A DNA stretch of 64,000 bases from Eledone cirrhosa (lineage: Eukaryota), in the NCBI GenBank assembly GCA_964016885.1, contig OZ024744.1:496001-560000 (forward strand). The letters are read 5' to 3'. Each line of letters opens with the position of its first letter. Within the stretch, counting starts at the first letter, position 1. Position numbers and translations under genes: made by a program. This document shows, in pieces, positions 13,001 to 26,429 of the stretch. The notes under the pieces are model-generated. The model was not told where the DNA came from and ran no database searches. It saw only the letters and a program-made list of their open reading frames with translations.

Positions 13001-14759
13001 AGAACGAAGTTTTGGGGAAGACAAGGTAGAGAAAGATAGCTTGGTGAAGAACGAAGTTTTGGGGGAAGTGAAGGTAGAGAAAGATAGCTTGGTGAAGAAC
13101 GAAGTTTTGGGGGAAGACAAGGTAGAGAAATATAGCTTGGTGAAGAACGAAGTTTTGAGGGAAGACAAGATAGAGAAAGATAGCTTGGTGAAGAACGAAG
13201 TTTTGAGGGAAGTCAAGGTAGAGAAAGATAGCTTGGTGAAGAACGACGTTTTGAGGGAAGACAAGGTAGAGAAAGATAGCTTAGTGAAGAACGACGTTTT
13301 GGGGGAAGACAAGGTAGAGAAAGATAGCTTGGTGAAGAACAACGTTTTGGGGGAAGACAAGGTAGAGAAAGATAGCTTGGTGAAGAACGAAGTATTGAGG
13401 GAAGACTAGGTAGAGAAAGATAGCTTGATGAAGAACGAAGTGTTGGGGGAAGACAAGGTAGAGAAAGATAGCTTGCTGAAGAACGAAGTTTTGAGGGACG
13501 ACAAAGTAGAGAAAGATAGCTTGGTGAAGAACGAGGTTTTGGGGAAGACAAGGTAGAGAAAGATAGCTTGATGAAGAACGAAGTTTTGGGGGAAGACAAG
13601 GTAGAGAAAGATAGCTTGGTGAAGAACGAAGTTTTGAGGGAAGACAAGGTAGAGAAAGATAGCTTGGTGAAAAACGAAGTTTTGGGGGAAGACAAGGTAG
13701 AGAAAGATAGCTTGGTGAAGAACGAAGTTTTGAGGGAAGACAAGGTAGAGAAAGATAGCTTGATGAAGAACGAAGTTTTGGGGGAAGACAAGGTAGAGAA
13801 AGATAGCTTGGTGAAGAACGAAGTTTTGATGGAAGACAAGGTAGAGAAAGATAGCTTGGTGAAGAACGAAGTTTTGGTGGAAGACAAGTTAGAGAAAGAT
13901 TGCTTGGTGAAGAACGAAGTTTTGAGGGAAGACAAGGTAGAGAAAGATAGCTTGGTGAAGAACGACGTTTTGGGGGAAGAAAGGTAGAGAAAGATAGCTT
14001 GGTGAAGAACAAAGTTTTGGGGGAAGACAAGGTAGAGAAAGATAGCTTGGTGAAGAACGAAGTATTGAGGGAAGACTCGGTAGAGAAAGATAGCTTGGTG
14101 AAGAACGAAGTTTTGAGGGAAGACAAGGTAGAGAAAGATAGCTTGGTGAAGAACGACGTTTTGAGGGAAGACAAGGTAGAGAAAGATAGCTTGGTGAAGA
14201 ACGAAGTTTTGGGGGAAGACAAGGTAGAGAAATATAGCTTGGTGAAGAACGAAGTTTTGAGGGAAGACAAGGTAGAGAAAGAGAGCTTGGTGAAGAACGA
14301 AGTTTTGAGGGAAGTCAAGGTAGAGAAAGATAGCTTGGTGAAGAACGACGTTTTGAGGGAAGACAAGGTAGAGAAAGATAGCTTGGTGAAGAACGACGTT
14401 TTGGGGGAAGACAAGGTAGAGAAAGATAGCTTGGTGAAGAACAACGTTTTGGGGGAAGACAAGGTAGAGAAAGATAGCTTGGTGAAGAACGAAGTATTGA
14501 GGGAAGACTAGGTAGAGAATGATAGTTGGTGAAGAACGAAGTTTTGAGGGAAGACAAGGTAGAGAAAGATAGCTTGGTGAAGAACGACGTTTTGAGGGAA
14601 GACAAGGTAGAGAAAGATAGCTTGGTGAAGAACGACGTTTTGGGGGAAGAAAGGTAGAGAAAGATAGCTTGGTGAAGAACAAAGTTTTGGGGGAAGACAA
14701 GGTAGAGAAAGATAGCTTGGTGAAGAACGAAGTATTGAGGGAAGACTCGGTAGAGAAAG

Positions 14760-17682
14760 ATAGCTTGGTGAAGAACGAAGTTTTGAGGGAAGACAAGGTA
14801 GAGAAAGATAGCTTGTGAAGAACGAGGTTTTGAGGGAAGACAAGGTAGAGAAAGATAGCTTGGTGAAGAACGACGTTTTGGGGGAAGAGAGGTAGAGAAA
14901 GATAGCTTGGTGAAGAACAAAGTTTTGGGGGAAGACAAGGTAGAGAAAGATAGCTTGGTGAAGAACGAAGTATTGAGGGAAGACTCGGTAGAGAAAGATA
15001 GCTTGGTGAAGAACGAAGTTTTGGGGAAGACAAGGTAGAGAAAGATAGCTTGATGAAGAACGAAGTTTTGGGGGAAGACAAGGTAGAGAAAGATAGCTTG
15101 GTGAAGAACGAAGTTTTGATGGAAGACAAGGTAGAGAAAGATAGCTTGGTGAAGAACGAAGTTTTGGGGGAAGACAAGGTAGAGAAAGATAGCTTGGTGA
15201 AGAACGAAGTTTTGAGGGAAGACAAGGTAGAGAAAGATAGCTTGGTGAAGAACGACGTTTTGGGGGAAGAAAGGTAGAGAAAGATAGCTTGGTGAAGAAC
15301 AAAGTTTTGGGGGAAGACAAGGTAGAGAAAGATAGCTTGGTGAAGAACGAAGTATTGAGGGAAGACTCGGTAGAGAAAGATAGCTTGGTGAAGAACGAAG
15401 TTTTGAGGGAAGACAAGGTAGAGAAAGATAGCTTGGTGAAGAACGAGGTTTTGAGGGAAGACAAGGTAGAGAAAGATAGCTTGGTGAAGAACGAAGTTTT
15501 GGGGAAGACAAGGTAGAGAAAGATAGCTTGGTGAAGAACGAAGTTTTGGGGGAAGACAAGGTAGAGAAAGATAGCTTGGTGAAGAACGAAGTTTTGAGGG
15601 AAGACAAGGTAGAGAAAGATAGCTTGGTGAAGAACGAAGTTTTGAGGGAAGTCAAGGTAGAGAAAGATAGCTTGGTGAAGAACGACGTTTTGAGGGAAGA
15701 CAAGGTAGAGAAAGATAGCTTGGTGAAGAACGACGTTTTGGGGGAAGACAAGGTAGAGAAAGATAGCTTGGTGAAGAACAACGTTTTGGGGGAAGACAAT
15801 GTAGAGAAAGATAGCTTGCTGAAGAACGAAGTTTTGAGGGACGACAAAGTAGAGAAAGATAGCTTGGTGAAGAACGAAGTTTTGGGGAAGACAAGGTAGA
15901 GAAAGATAGCTTGATGAAGAACGAAGTTTTGGGGGAAGACAAGGTAGAGAAAGATAGCTTGGTGAAGAACGAAGTTTTGAGGGAAGACAAGGTAGAGAAA
16001 GATAGCTTGGTGAAGAACGAAGTTTTGGGGGAAGTCAAGGTAGAGAAAGATAGCTTGGTGAAGAACGAAGTTTTGGGGGAAGACAAGGTAGAGAAATATA
16101 GCTTGGTGAAGAACGAAGTTTTGAGGGAAGACAAGATAGAGAAAGATAGCATGGTGAAGAACGAAGTTTTGGGGGAAGACAAGGTAGAGAAAGATAGCTT
16201 GGTGAAGAACGAAGTTTTGAGGGAAGACAAGGTAGAGAAAGATAGCTTGTGAAGAACGAGGTTTTGAGGGAAGACAAGGTAGAGAAAGATAGCTTGGTGA
16301 AGAACGACGTTTTGGGGGAAGAGAGGTAGAGAAAGATAGCTTGGTGAAGAACAAAGTTTTGGGGGAAGACAAGGTAGAGAAAGATAGCTTGGTGAAGAAC
16401 GAAGTATTGAGGGAAGACTCGGTAGAGAAAGATAGCTTGGTGAAGAACGAAGTTTTGGGGAAGACAAGGTAGAGAAAGATAGCTTGATGAAGAACGAAGT
16501 TTTGGGGGAAGACAAGGTAGAGAAAGATAGCTTGGTGAAGAACGAAGTTTTGATGGAAGACAAGGTAGAGAAAGATAGCTTGGTGAAGAACGAAGTTTTG
16601 GGGGAAGACAAGGTAGAGAAAGATAGCTTGGTGAAGAACGAAGTTTTGAGGGAAGACAAGGTAGAGAAAGATAGCTTGGTGAAGAACGACGTTTTGGGGG
16701 AAGAAAGGTAGAGAAAGATAGCTTGGTGAAGAACAAAGTTTTGGGGGAAGACAAGGTAGAGAAAGATAGCTTGGTGAAGAACGAAGTATTGAGGGAAGAC
16801 TCGGTAGAGAAAGATAGCTTGGTGAAGAACGAAGTTTTGAGGGAAGACAAGGTAGAGAAAGATAGCTTGGTGAAGAACGAGGTTTTGAGGGAAGACAAGG
16901 TAGAGAAAGATAGCTTGGTGAAGAACGAAGTTTTGGGGAAGACAAGGTAGAGAAAGATAGCTTGGTGAAGAACGAAGTTTTGGGGGAAGACAAGGTAGAG
17001 AAAGATAGCTTGGTGAAGAACGAAGTTTTGAGGGAAGACAAGGTAGAGAAAGATAGCTTGGTGAAGAACGAAGTTTTGAGGGAAGTCAAGGTAGAGAAAG
17101 ATAGCTTGGTGAAGAACGACGTTTTGAGGGAAGACAAGGTAGAGAAAGATAGCTTGGTGAAGAACGACGTTTTGGGGGAAGACAAGGTAGAGAAAGATAG
17201 CTTGGTGAAGAACAACGTTTTGGGGGAAGACAATGTAGAGAAAGATAGCTTGCTGAAGAACGAAGTTTTGAGGGACGACAAAGTAGAGAAAGATAGCTTG
17301 GTGAAGAACGAAGTTTTGGGGAAGACAAGGTAGAGAAAGATAGCTTGATGAAGAACGAAGTTTTGGGGGAAGACAAGGTAGAGAAAGATAGCTTGGTGAA
17401 GAACGAAGTTTTGAGGGAAGACAAGGTAGAGAAAGATAGCTTGGTGAAGAACGAAGTTTTGGGGGAAGTCAAGGTAGAGAAAGATAGCTTGGTGAAGAAC
17501 GAAGTTTTGGGGGAAGACAAGGTAGAGAAATATAGCTTGGTGAAGAACGAAGTTTTGAGGGAAGACAAGATAGAGAAAGATAGCATGGTGAAGAACGAAG
17601 TTTTGGGGGAAGACAAGGTAGAGAAAGATAGCTTGGTGAAGAACGAAGTTTTGAGGGAAGACAAGGTAGAGAAAGATAGCTT
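14760..17682. repeat. Tandem higher-order duplication, period 1434 bp (30 monomers -6)
   Basis: ORF starts 15050/16484, 15289/16723, 15528/16962 and 15911/17345 are all offset 1434. Rare variant AGCATGG at ~16148 and ~17582. Confidence 0.9.
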
Positions 17683-18680
17683 GGTGAAGAACGACGTTTT
17701 GGGGGAAGAAAGGTAGAGAAAGATAGCTTGGTGAAGAACAAAGTTTTGGGGGAAGACAAGGTAGAGAAAGATAGCTTGGTGAAGAACGAAGTATTGAGGG
17801 AAGACTCGGTAGAGAAAGATAGCTTGGTGAAGAACGAAGTTTTGAGGGAAGACAAGGTAGAGAAAGATAGCTTGGTGAAGAACGAGGTTTTGAGGGAAGA
17901 CAAGGTAGAGAAAGATAGCTTGGTGAAGAACGAAGTTTTGGGGAAGACAAGGTAGAGAAAGATAGCTTGGTGAAGAACGAAGTTTTGGGGGAAGACAAGG
18001 TAGAGAAAGATAGCTTGGTGAAGAACGAAGTTTTGAGGGAAGACAAGGTAGAGAAAGATAGCTTGGTGAAGAACGAAGTTTTGAGGGAAGTCAAGGTAGA
18101 GAAAGATAGCTTGGTGAAGAACGACGTTTTGAGGGAAGACAAGGTAGAGAAAGATAGCTTGGTGAAGAACGACGTTTTGGGGGAAGACAAGGTAGAGAAA
18201 GATAGCTTGGTGAAGAACAACGTTTTGGGGGAAGACAATGTAGAGAAAGATAGCTTGCTGAAGAACGAAGTTTTGAGGGACGACAAAGTAGAGAAAGATA
18301 GCTTGGTGAAGAACGAAGTTTTGGGGAAGACAAGGTAGAGAAAGATAGCTTGGTGAAGAACGAAGTTTTGAGGGAAGACAAGGTAGAGAAAGATAGCTTG
18401 GTGAAGAACGAAGTTTTGAGGGAAGTCAAGGTAGAGAAAGATAGCTTGGTGAAGAACGACGTTTTGAGGGAAGACAAGGTAGAGAAAGATAGCTTGGTGA
18501 AGAACGACGTTTTGGGGGAAGACAAGGTAGAGAAAGATAGCTTGGTGAAGAACAACGTTTTGGGGGAAGACAATGTAGAGAAAGATAGCTTGCTGAAGAA
18601 CGAAGTTTTGAGGGACGACAAAGTAGAGAAAGATAGCTTGGTGAAGAACGAAGTTTTGGGGAAGACAAGGTAGAGAAAGA
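16680..18680. repeat. Nested smaller duplications: offset 1005 bp (21 monomers -3) and 335 bp (7 monomers -1)
   Basis: ORFs 16723/17728 and 16962/17967 are offset 1005. ORF ends 18338/18673 are offset 335 with the same variant order. Confidence 0.75.
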
Positions 18681-20519
18681 TAGCTTGATGAAGAACGAAG
18701 TTTTGGGGGAAGACAAGGTAGAGAAAGATAGCTTGGTGAAGAACGAAGTTTTGAGGGAAGACAAGGTAGAGAAAGATAGCTTGGTGAAGAACGAAGTTTT
18801 GGGGGAAGTCAAGGTAGAGAAAGATAGCTTGGTGAAGAACGAAGTTTTGGGGGAAGACAAGGTAGAGAAATATAGCTTGGTGAAGAACGAAGTTTTGAGG
18901 GAAGACAAGATAGAGAAAGATAGCTTGGTGAAGAACGAAGTTTTGAGGGTAGTCAAGGTAGAGAAAGATAGCTTGGTGAAGAACGACGTTTTGAGGGAAG
19001 ACAAGGTAGAGAAAGATAGCTTAGTGAAGAACGACGTTTTGGGGGAAGACAAGGTAGAGAAAGATAGCTTGGTGAAGAACGACGTTTTGGGGGAAGACAA
19101 GGTAGAGAAAGATAGCTTGGTGAAGAACGAAGTATTGAGGGAAGACTAGGTAGAGAAAGATAGCTTGTGAAGAACGAGGTTTTGAGGGAAGACAAGGTAG
19201 AGAAAGATAGCTTGGTGAAGAACGACGTTTTGGGGGAAGAGAGGTAGAGAAAGATAGCTTGGTGAAGAACAAAGTTTTGGGGGAAGACAAGGTAGAGAAA
19301 GATAGCTTGGTGAAGAACGAAGTATTGAGGGAAAACTCGGTAGAGAAAGATAGCTTGGTGAAGAACGAAGTTTTGAGGGAAGACAAGGTAGAGAAAGATA
19401 GCTTGGTGAAGAACGAAGTTTTGGGGGAAGACAAGGTAGAGAAAGATAGCTTGGTGAAGAACGAAGTTTTGAGGGAAGACAAGGTAGAGAAAGATAGCTT
19501 GATGAAGAACGAAGTTTTGGGGGAAGACAAGGTAGAGAAAGATAGCTTGGTGAAGAACGAAGTTTTGATGGAAGACAAGGTAGAGAAAGATAGCTTGGTG
19601 AAGAACGAAGTTTTGGGGGAAGACAAGGTAGAGAAAGATAGCTTGGTGAAGAACGAAGTTTTGAGGGAAGACAAGGTAGAGAAAGATAGCTTGGTGAAGA
19701 ACGACGTTTTGGGGGAAGAAAGGTAGAGAAAGATAGCTTGGTGAAGAACAAAGTTTTGGGGGAAGACAAGGTAGAGAAAGATAGCTTGGTGAAGAACGAA
19801 GTATTGAGGGAAGACTCGGTAGAGAAAGATAGCTTGGTGAAGAACGAAGTTTTGAGGGAAGACAAGGTAGAGAAATATAGCTTGGTGAAGAACGAGGTTT
19901 TGAGGGAAGACAAGGTAGAGAAAGATAGCTTGGTGAAGAACGAAGTTTTGGGGAAGACAAGGTAGAGAAAGATAGCTTGGTGAAGAACGAAGTTTTGGGG
20001 GAAGACAAGGTAGAGAAATATAGCTTGGTGAAGAACGAAGTTTTGAGGGAAGACAAGGTAGAGAAAGATAGCTTGGTGAAGAACGAAGTTTTGGGGGAAG
20101 TCAAGGTAGAGAAAGATAGCTTGGTGAAGAACGACGTTTTGAGGGAAGACAAGGTAGAGAAAGATAGCTTGGTGAAGAACGACGTTTTGGGGGAAGACAA
20201 GGTAGAGAAAGATAGCTTGGTGAAGAACAACGTTTTGGGGGAAGACAAGGTAGAGAAAGATAGCTTGGTGAAGAACGAAGTATTGAGGGAAGACTAGGTA
20301 GAGAATGATAGTTGGTGAAGAACGAAGTTTTGAGGGAAGACAAGGTAGAGAAAGATAGCTTGGTGAAGAACGACGTTTTGAGGGAAGACAAGGTAGAGAA
20401 AGATAGCTTGGTGAAGAACGACGTTTTGGGGGAAGAAAGGTAGAGAAAGATAGCTTGGTGAAGAACAAAGTTTTGGGGGAAGACAAGGTAGAGAAAGATA
20501 GCTTGGTGAAGAACGAAGT

Positions 20520-23500
20520 ATTGAGGGAAGACTCGGTAGAGAAAGATAGCTTGGTGAAGAACGAAGTTTTGAGGGAAGACAAGGTAGAGAAAGATAGCTT
20601 GTGAAGAACGAGGTTTTGAGGGAAGACAAGGTAGAGAAAGATAGCTTGGTGAAGAACGACGTTTTGGGGGAAGAGAGGTAGAGAAAGATAGCTTGGTGAA
20701 GAACAAAGTTTTGGGGGAAGACAAGGTAGAGAAAGATAGCTTGGTGAAGAACGAAGTATTGAGGGAAGACTCGGTAGAGAAAGATAGCTTGGTGAAGAAC
20801 GAAGTTTTGAGGGAAGACAAGGTAGAGAAAGATAGCTTGGTGAAGAACGAGGTTTTGAGGGAAGACAAGGTAGAGAAAGATAGCTTGGTGAAGAACGAAG
20901 TTTTGGGGGAAGACAAGGTAAAGAAAGATAGCTTGGTGAATAACGAAGTTTTGAGGGAAGACAAGGTAGAGAAAGATAGCTTGGTGAAGAACGAAGTTTT
21001 GAGGGAAGACAAGGTAGAGAAAGATAGCTTGGTGAAGAACGAAGTTTTGGGGGAAGACAAGGTAGAGAAAGATAGCTTGATGAAGAACGAAGTTTTGGGG
21101 GAAGACAAGGTAGAGAAAGATAGCTTGGTGAAGAACGAAGTTTTGGGGGAAGACAAGGTAGAGAAAGATAGCTTGGTGAAGAACGAAGTTTTGGGGGAAG
21201 ACAAGGTAGAGAAATATAGCTTGGTGAAGAACGAAGTTTTGAGGGAAGACAAGATAGAGAAAGATAGCTTGGTGAAGAACGAAGTTTTGAGGGAAGTCAA
21301 GGTAGAGAAAGATAGCTTGGTGAAGAACGACGTTTTCAGGGAAGACAAGGTAGAGAAAGATAGCTTGGTGAAGAACGACGTTTTGGGGGAAGACAAGGTA
21401 GAGAAAGATAGCTTGGTGAAGAACAACGTTTTGGGGGAAGACAAGGTAGAGAAAGATAGCTTGGTGAAGAACGAAGTATTGAGGGAAGACTAGGTAGAGA
21501 AAGATAGCTTGATGAAGAACGAAGTGTTGGGGGAAGACAAGGTAGAGAAAGATAGCTTGCTGAAGAACGAAGTTTTGAAGGACGACAAAGTAGAGAAGGA
21601 TAGCTTGGTGAAGAACGAAGTTTTGGGGAAGACAAGGTAGAGAAAGATAGCTTGATGAAGAACGAAGTTTTGGGGGAAGACAAGGTAGAGAAAGATAGCT
21701 TGGTGAAGAACGAAGTTTTGAGGGAAGACAAGGTAGAGAAAGATAGCTTGGTGAAGAACGACGTTTTGGGGGAAGACAAGGTAGAGAAAGATAGCTTGGT
21801 GAAGAACGACGTTTTGGGGGAAGAAAGGTAGAGAAAGATAGCTTGGTGAAGAACGACGTTTTGAGGGAAGACAAGGTAGAGAAAGATAGCTTGGTGAAGA
21901 ACGACGTTTTGGGGGAAGAAAGGTAGAGAAAGATAGCTTGGTGAAGAACAAAGTTTTGGGGGAAGACAAGGTAGAGAAAGATAGCTTGGTGAAGAACGAA
22001 GTATTGAGGGAAGACTCGGTAGAGAAAGATAGCTTGGTGAAGAACGAAGTTTTGAGGGAAGACAAGGTAGAGAAAGATAGCTTGTGAAGAACGAGGTTTT
22101 GAGGGAAGACAAGGTAGAGAAAGATAGCTTGGTGAAGAACGAAGTTTTGGGGGAAGACAAGGTAGAGAAAGATAGCTTGGTGAAGAACGAAGTTTTGAGG
22201 GAAGACAAGGTAGAGAAAGATAGCTTGGTGAAGAACGAAGTTTTGAGGGAAGTCAAGGTAGAGAAAGATAGCTTGGTGAAGAACGACGTTTTGAGGGAAG
22301 ACAAGGTAGAGAAAGATAGCTTGGTGAAGAACGACGTTTTGGGGGAAGACAAGGTAGAGAAAGATAGCTTGGTGAAGAACAACGTTTTGGGGGAAGACAA
22401 TGTAGAGAAAGATAGCTTGCTGAAGAACGAAGTTTTGAGGGACGACAAAGTAGAGAAAGATAGCTTGGTGAAGAACGAAGTTTTGGGGAAGACAAGGTAG
22501 AGAAAGATAGCTTGATGAAGAACGAAGTTTTGGGGGAAGACAAGGTAGAGAAAGATAGCTTGGTGAAGAACGACGTTTTGGGGGAAGACAAGGTAGAGAA
22601 AGATAGCTTGGTGAAGAACAACGTTTTGGGGGAAGACAAGGTAGAGAAAGATAGCTTGGTGAAGAACGAAGTATTGAGGGAAGACTAGGTAGAGAATGAT
22701 AGTTGGTGAAGAACGAAGTTTTGAGGGAAGACAAGGTAGAGAAAGATAGCTTGGTGAAGAACGACGTTTTGAGGGAAGACAAGGTAGAGAAAGATAGCTT
22801 GGTGAAGAACGACGTTTTGGGGGAAGAAAGGTAGAGAAAGATAGCTTGGTGAAGAACAAAGTTTTGGGGGAAGACAAGGTAGAGAAAGATAGCTTGGTGA
22901 AGAACATAGTATTGAGGGAAGACTCGGTAGAGAAAGATAGCTTGGTGAAGAACGAAGTTTTGAGGGAAGACAAGGTAGAGAAAGATAGCTTGTGAAGAAC
23001 GAGGTTTTGAGGGAAGACAAGGTAGAGAAAGATAGCTTGGTGAAGAACGACGTTTTGGGGGAAGAGAGGTAGAGAAAGATAGCTTGGTGAAGAACAAAGT
23101 TTTGGGGGAAGACAAGGTAGAGAAAGATAGCTTGGTGAAGAACGAAGTATTGAGGGAAGACTCGGTAGAGAAAGATAGCTTGGTGAAGAACGAAGTTTTG
23201 AGGGAAGACAAGGTAGAGAAAGATAGCTTGGTGAAGAACGAGGTTTTGAGGGAAGACAAGGTAGAGAAAGATAGCTTGGTGAAGAACGAAGTTTTGGGGG
23301 AAGACAAGGTAAAGAAAGATAGCTTGGTGAATAACGAAGTTTTGAGGGAAGACAAGGTAGAGAAAGATAGCTTGGTGAAGAACGAAGTTTTGAGGGAAGA
23401 CAAGGTAGAGAAAGATAGCTTGGTGAAGAACGAAGTTTTGGGGGAAGACAAGGTAGAGAAAGATAGCTTGATGAAGAACGAAGTTTTGGGGGAAGACAAG

Positions 23501-25548
23501 GTAGAGAAAGATAGCTTGGTGAAGAACGAAGTTTTGGGGGAAGACAAGGTAGAGAAAGATAGCTTGGTGAAGAACGAAGTTTTGGGGGAAGACAAGGTAG
23601 AGAAATATAGCTTGGTGAAGAACGAAGTTTTGAGGGAAGACAAGATAGAGAAAGATAGCTTGGTGAAGAACGAAGTTTTGAGGGAAGTCAAGGTAGAGAA
23701 AGATAGCTTGGTGAAGAACGACGTTTTCAGGGAAGACAAGGTAGAGAAAGATAGCTTGGTGAAGAACGACGTTTTGGGGGAAGACAAGGTAGAGAAAGAT
23801 AGCTTGGTGAAGAACAACGTTTTGGGGGAAGACAAGGTAGAGAAAGATAGCTTGGTGAAGAACGAAGTATTGAGGGAAGACTAGGTAGAGAAAGATAGCT
23901 TGATGAAGAACGAAGTGTTGGGGGAAGACAAGGTAGAGAAAGATAGCTTGCTGAAGAACGAAGTTTTGAAGGACGACAAAGTAGAGAAGGATAGCTTGGT
24001 GAAGAACGAAGTTTTGGGGAAGACAAGGTAGAGAAAGATAGCTTGATGAAGAACGAAGTTTTGGGGGAAGACAAGGTAGAGAAAGATAGCTTGGTGAAGA
24101 ACGAAGTTTTGAGGGAAGACAAGGTAGAGAAAGATAGCTTGGTGAAGAACGACGTTTTGGGGGAAGACAAGGTAGAGAAAGATAGCTTGGTGAAGAACGA
24201 CGTTTTGGGGGAAGAAAGGTAGAGAAAGATAGCTTGGTGAAGAACGACGTTTTGAGGGAAGACAAGGTAGAGAAAGATAGCTTGGTGAAGAACGACGTTT
24301 TGGGGGAAGAAAGGTAGAGAAAGATAGCTTGGTGAAGAACAAAGTTTTGGGGGAAGACAAGGTAGAGAAAGATAGCTTGGTGAAGAACGAAGTATTGAGG
24401 GAAGACTCGGTAGAGAAAGATAGCTTGGTGAAGAACGAAGTTTTGAGGGAAGACAAGGTAGAGAAAGATAGCTTGTGAAGAACGAGGTTTTGAGGGAAGA
24501 CAAGGTAGAGAAAGATAGCTTGGTGAAGAACGAAGTTTTGGGGGAAGACAAGGTAGAGAAAGATAGCTTGGTGAAGAACGAAGTTTTGAGGGAAGACAAG
24601 GTAGAGAAAGATAGCTTGGTGAAGAACGAAGTTTTGAGGGAAGTCAAGGTAGAGAAAGATAGCTTGGTGAAGAACGACGTTTTGAGGGAAGACAAGGTAG
24701 AGAAAGATAGCTTGGTGAAGAACGACGTTTTGGGGGAAGACAAGGTAGAGAAAGATAGCTTGGTGAAGAACAACGTTTTGGGGGAAGACAATGTAGAGAA
24801 AGATAGCTTGCTGAAGAACGAAGTTTTGAGGGACGACAAAGTAGAGAAAGATAGCTTGGTGAAGAACGAAGTTTTGGGGAAGACAAGGTAGAGAAAGATA
24901 GCTTGATGAAGAACGAAGTTTTGGGGGAAGACAAGGTAGAGAAAGATAGCTTGGTGAAGAACGACGTTTTGGGGGAAGACAAGGTAGAGAAAGATAGCTT
25001 GGTGAAGAACAACGTTTTGGGGGAAGACAAGGTAGAGAAAGATAGCTTGGTGAAGAACGAAGTATTGAGGGAAGACTAGGTAGAGAATGATAGTTGGTGA
25101 AGAACGAAGTTTTGAGGGAAGACAAGGTAGAGAAAGATAGCTTGGTGAAGAACGACGTTTTGAGGGAAGACAAGGTAGAGAAAGATAGCTTGGTGAAGAA
25201 CGACGTTTTGGGGGAAGAAAGGTAGAGAAAGATAGCTTGGTGAAGAACAAAGTTTTGGGGGAAGACAAGGTAGAGAAAGATAGCTTGGTGAAGAACATAG
25301 TATTGAGGGAAGACTCGGTAGAGAAAGATAGCTTGGTGAAGAACGAAGTTTTGAGGGAAGACAAGGTAGAGAAAGATAGCTTGTGAAGAACGAGGTTTTG
25401 AGGGAAGACAAGGTAGAGAAAGATAGCTTGGTGAAGAACGACGTTTTGGGGGAAGAGAGGTAGAGAAAGATAGCTTGGTGAAGAACAAAGTTTTGGGGGA
25501 AGACAAGGTAGAGAAAGATAGCTTGGTGAAGAACGAAGTATTGAGGGA
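20520..25548. repeat. Tandem higher-order duplication, period 2391 bp (50 monomers -9), about 2.1 copies
   Basis: ORFs 20693/23084, 22084/24475 and 22253/24644 are offset 2391. Shared rare variants TTTTCAGGG (~21333, ~23724), GAGAAGGAT (~21593, ~23984) and AACATAGTA (~22903, ~25294). Confidence 0.9.
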
Positions 25549-26429
25549 AAACTCGGTAGAGAAAGATAGCTTGGTGAAGAACGAAGTTTTGAGGGAAGAC
25601 AAGGTAGAGAAAGATAGCTTGGTGAAGAACGACGTTTTGGGGGAAGAAAGGTAGAGAAAGATAGCTTGGTGAAGAACGAAGTTTTGAGGGAAGTCAAGGT
25701 AGAGAAAGATAGCTTGGTGAAGAACGACGTTTTGAGGGAAGACAAGGTAGAGAAAGATAGCTTGGTGAAGAACGACGTTTTGGGGGAAGACAAGGTAGAG
25801 AAAGATAGCTTGGTGAAGAACAACGTTTTGGGGGAAGACAAGGTAGAGAAAGATAGCTTGGTGAAGAACGAAGTATTGAGGGAAGACTAGGTAGAGAATG
25901 ATAGTTGGTGAAGAACGAAGTTTTGAGGGAAGACAAGGTAGAGAAAGATAGCTTGGTGAAGAACGACGTTTTGAGGGAAGACAAGGTAGAGAAAGATAGC
26001 TTGGTGAAGAACGACGTTTTGGGGGAAGAAAGGTAGAGAAAGATAGCTTGGTGAAGAACAAAGTTTTGGGGGAAGACAAGGTAGAGAAAGATAGCTTGGT
26101 GAAGAACGAAGTTTTGATGGAAGACAAGGTAGAGAAAGATAGCTTGGTGAAGAACGAAGTTTTGGGGGAAGACAAGGTAGAGAAAGATAGCTTGGTGAAG
26201 AACGAAGTTTTGAGGGAAGACAAGGTAGAGAAAGATAGCTTGGTGAAGAACGACGTTTTGGGGGAAGAAAGGTAGAGAAAGATAGCTTGGTGAAGAACAA
26301 AGTTTTGGGGGAAGACAAGGTAGAGAAAGATAGCTTGGTGAAGAACGAAGTATTGAGGGAAGACTCGGTAGAGAAAGATAGCTTGGTGAAGAACGAAGTT
26401 TTGAGGGAAGACAAGGTAGAGAAAGATAG

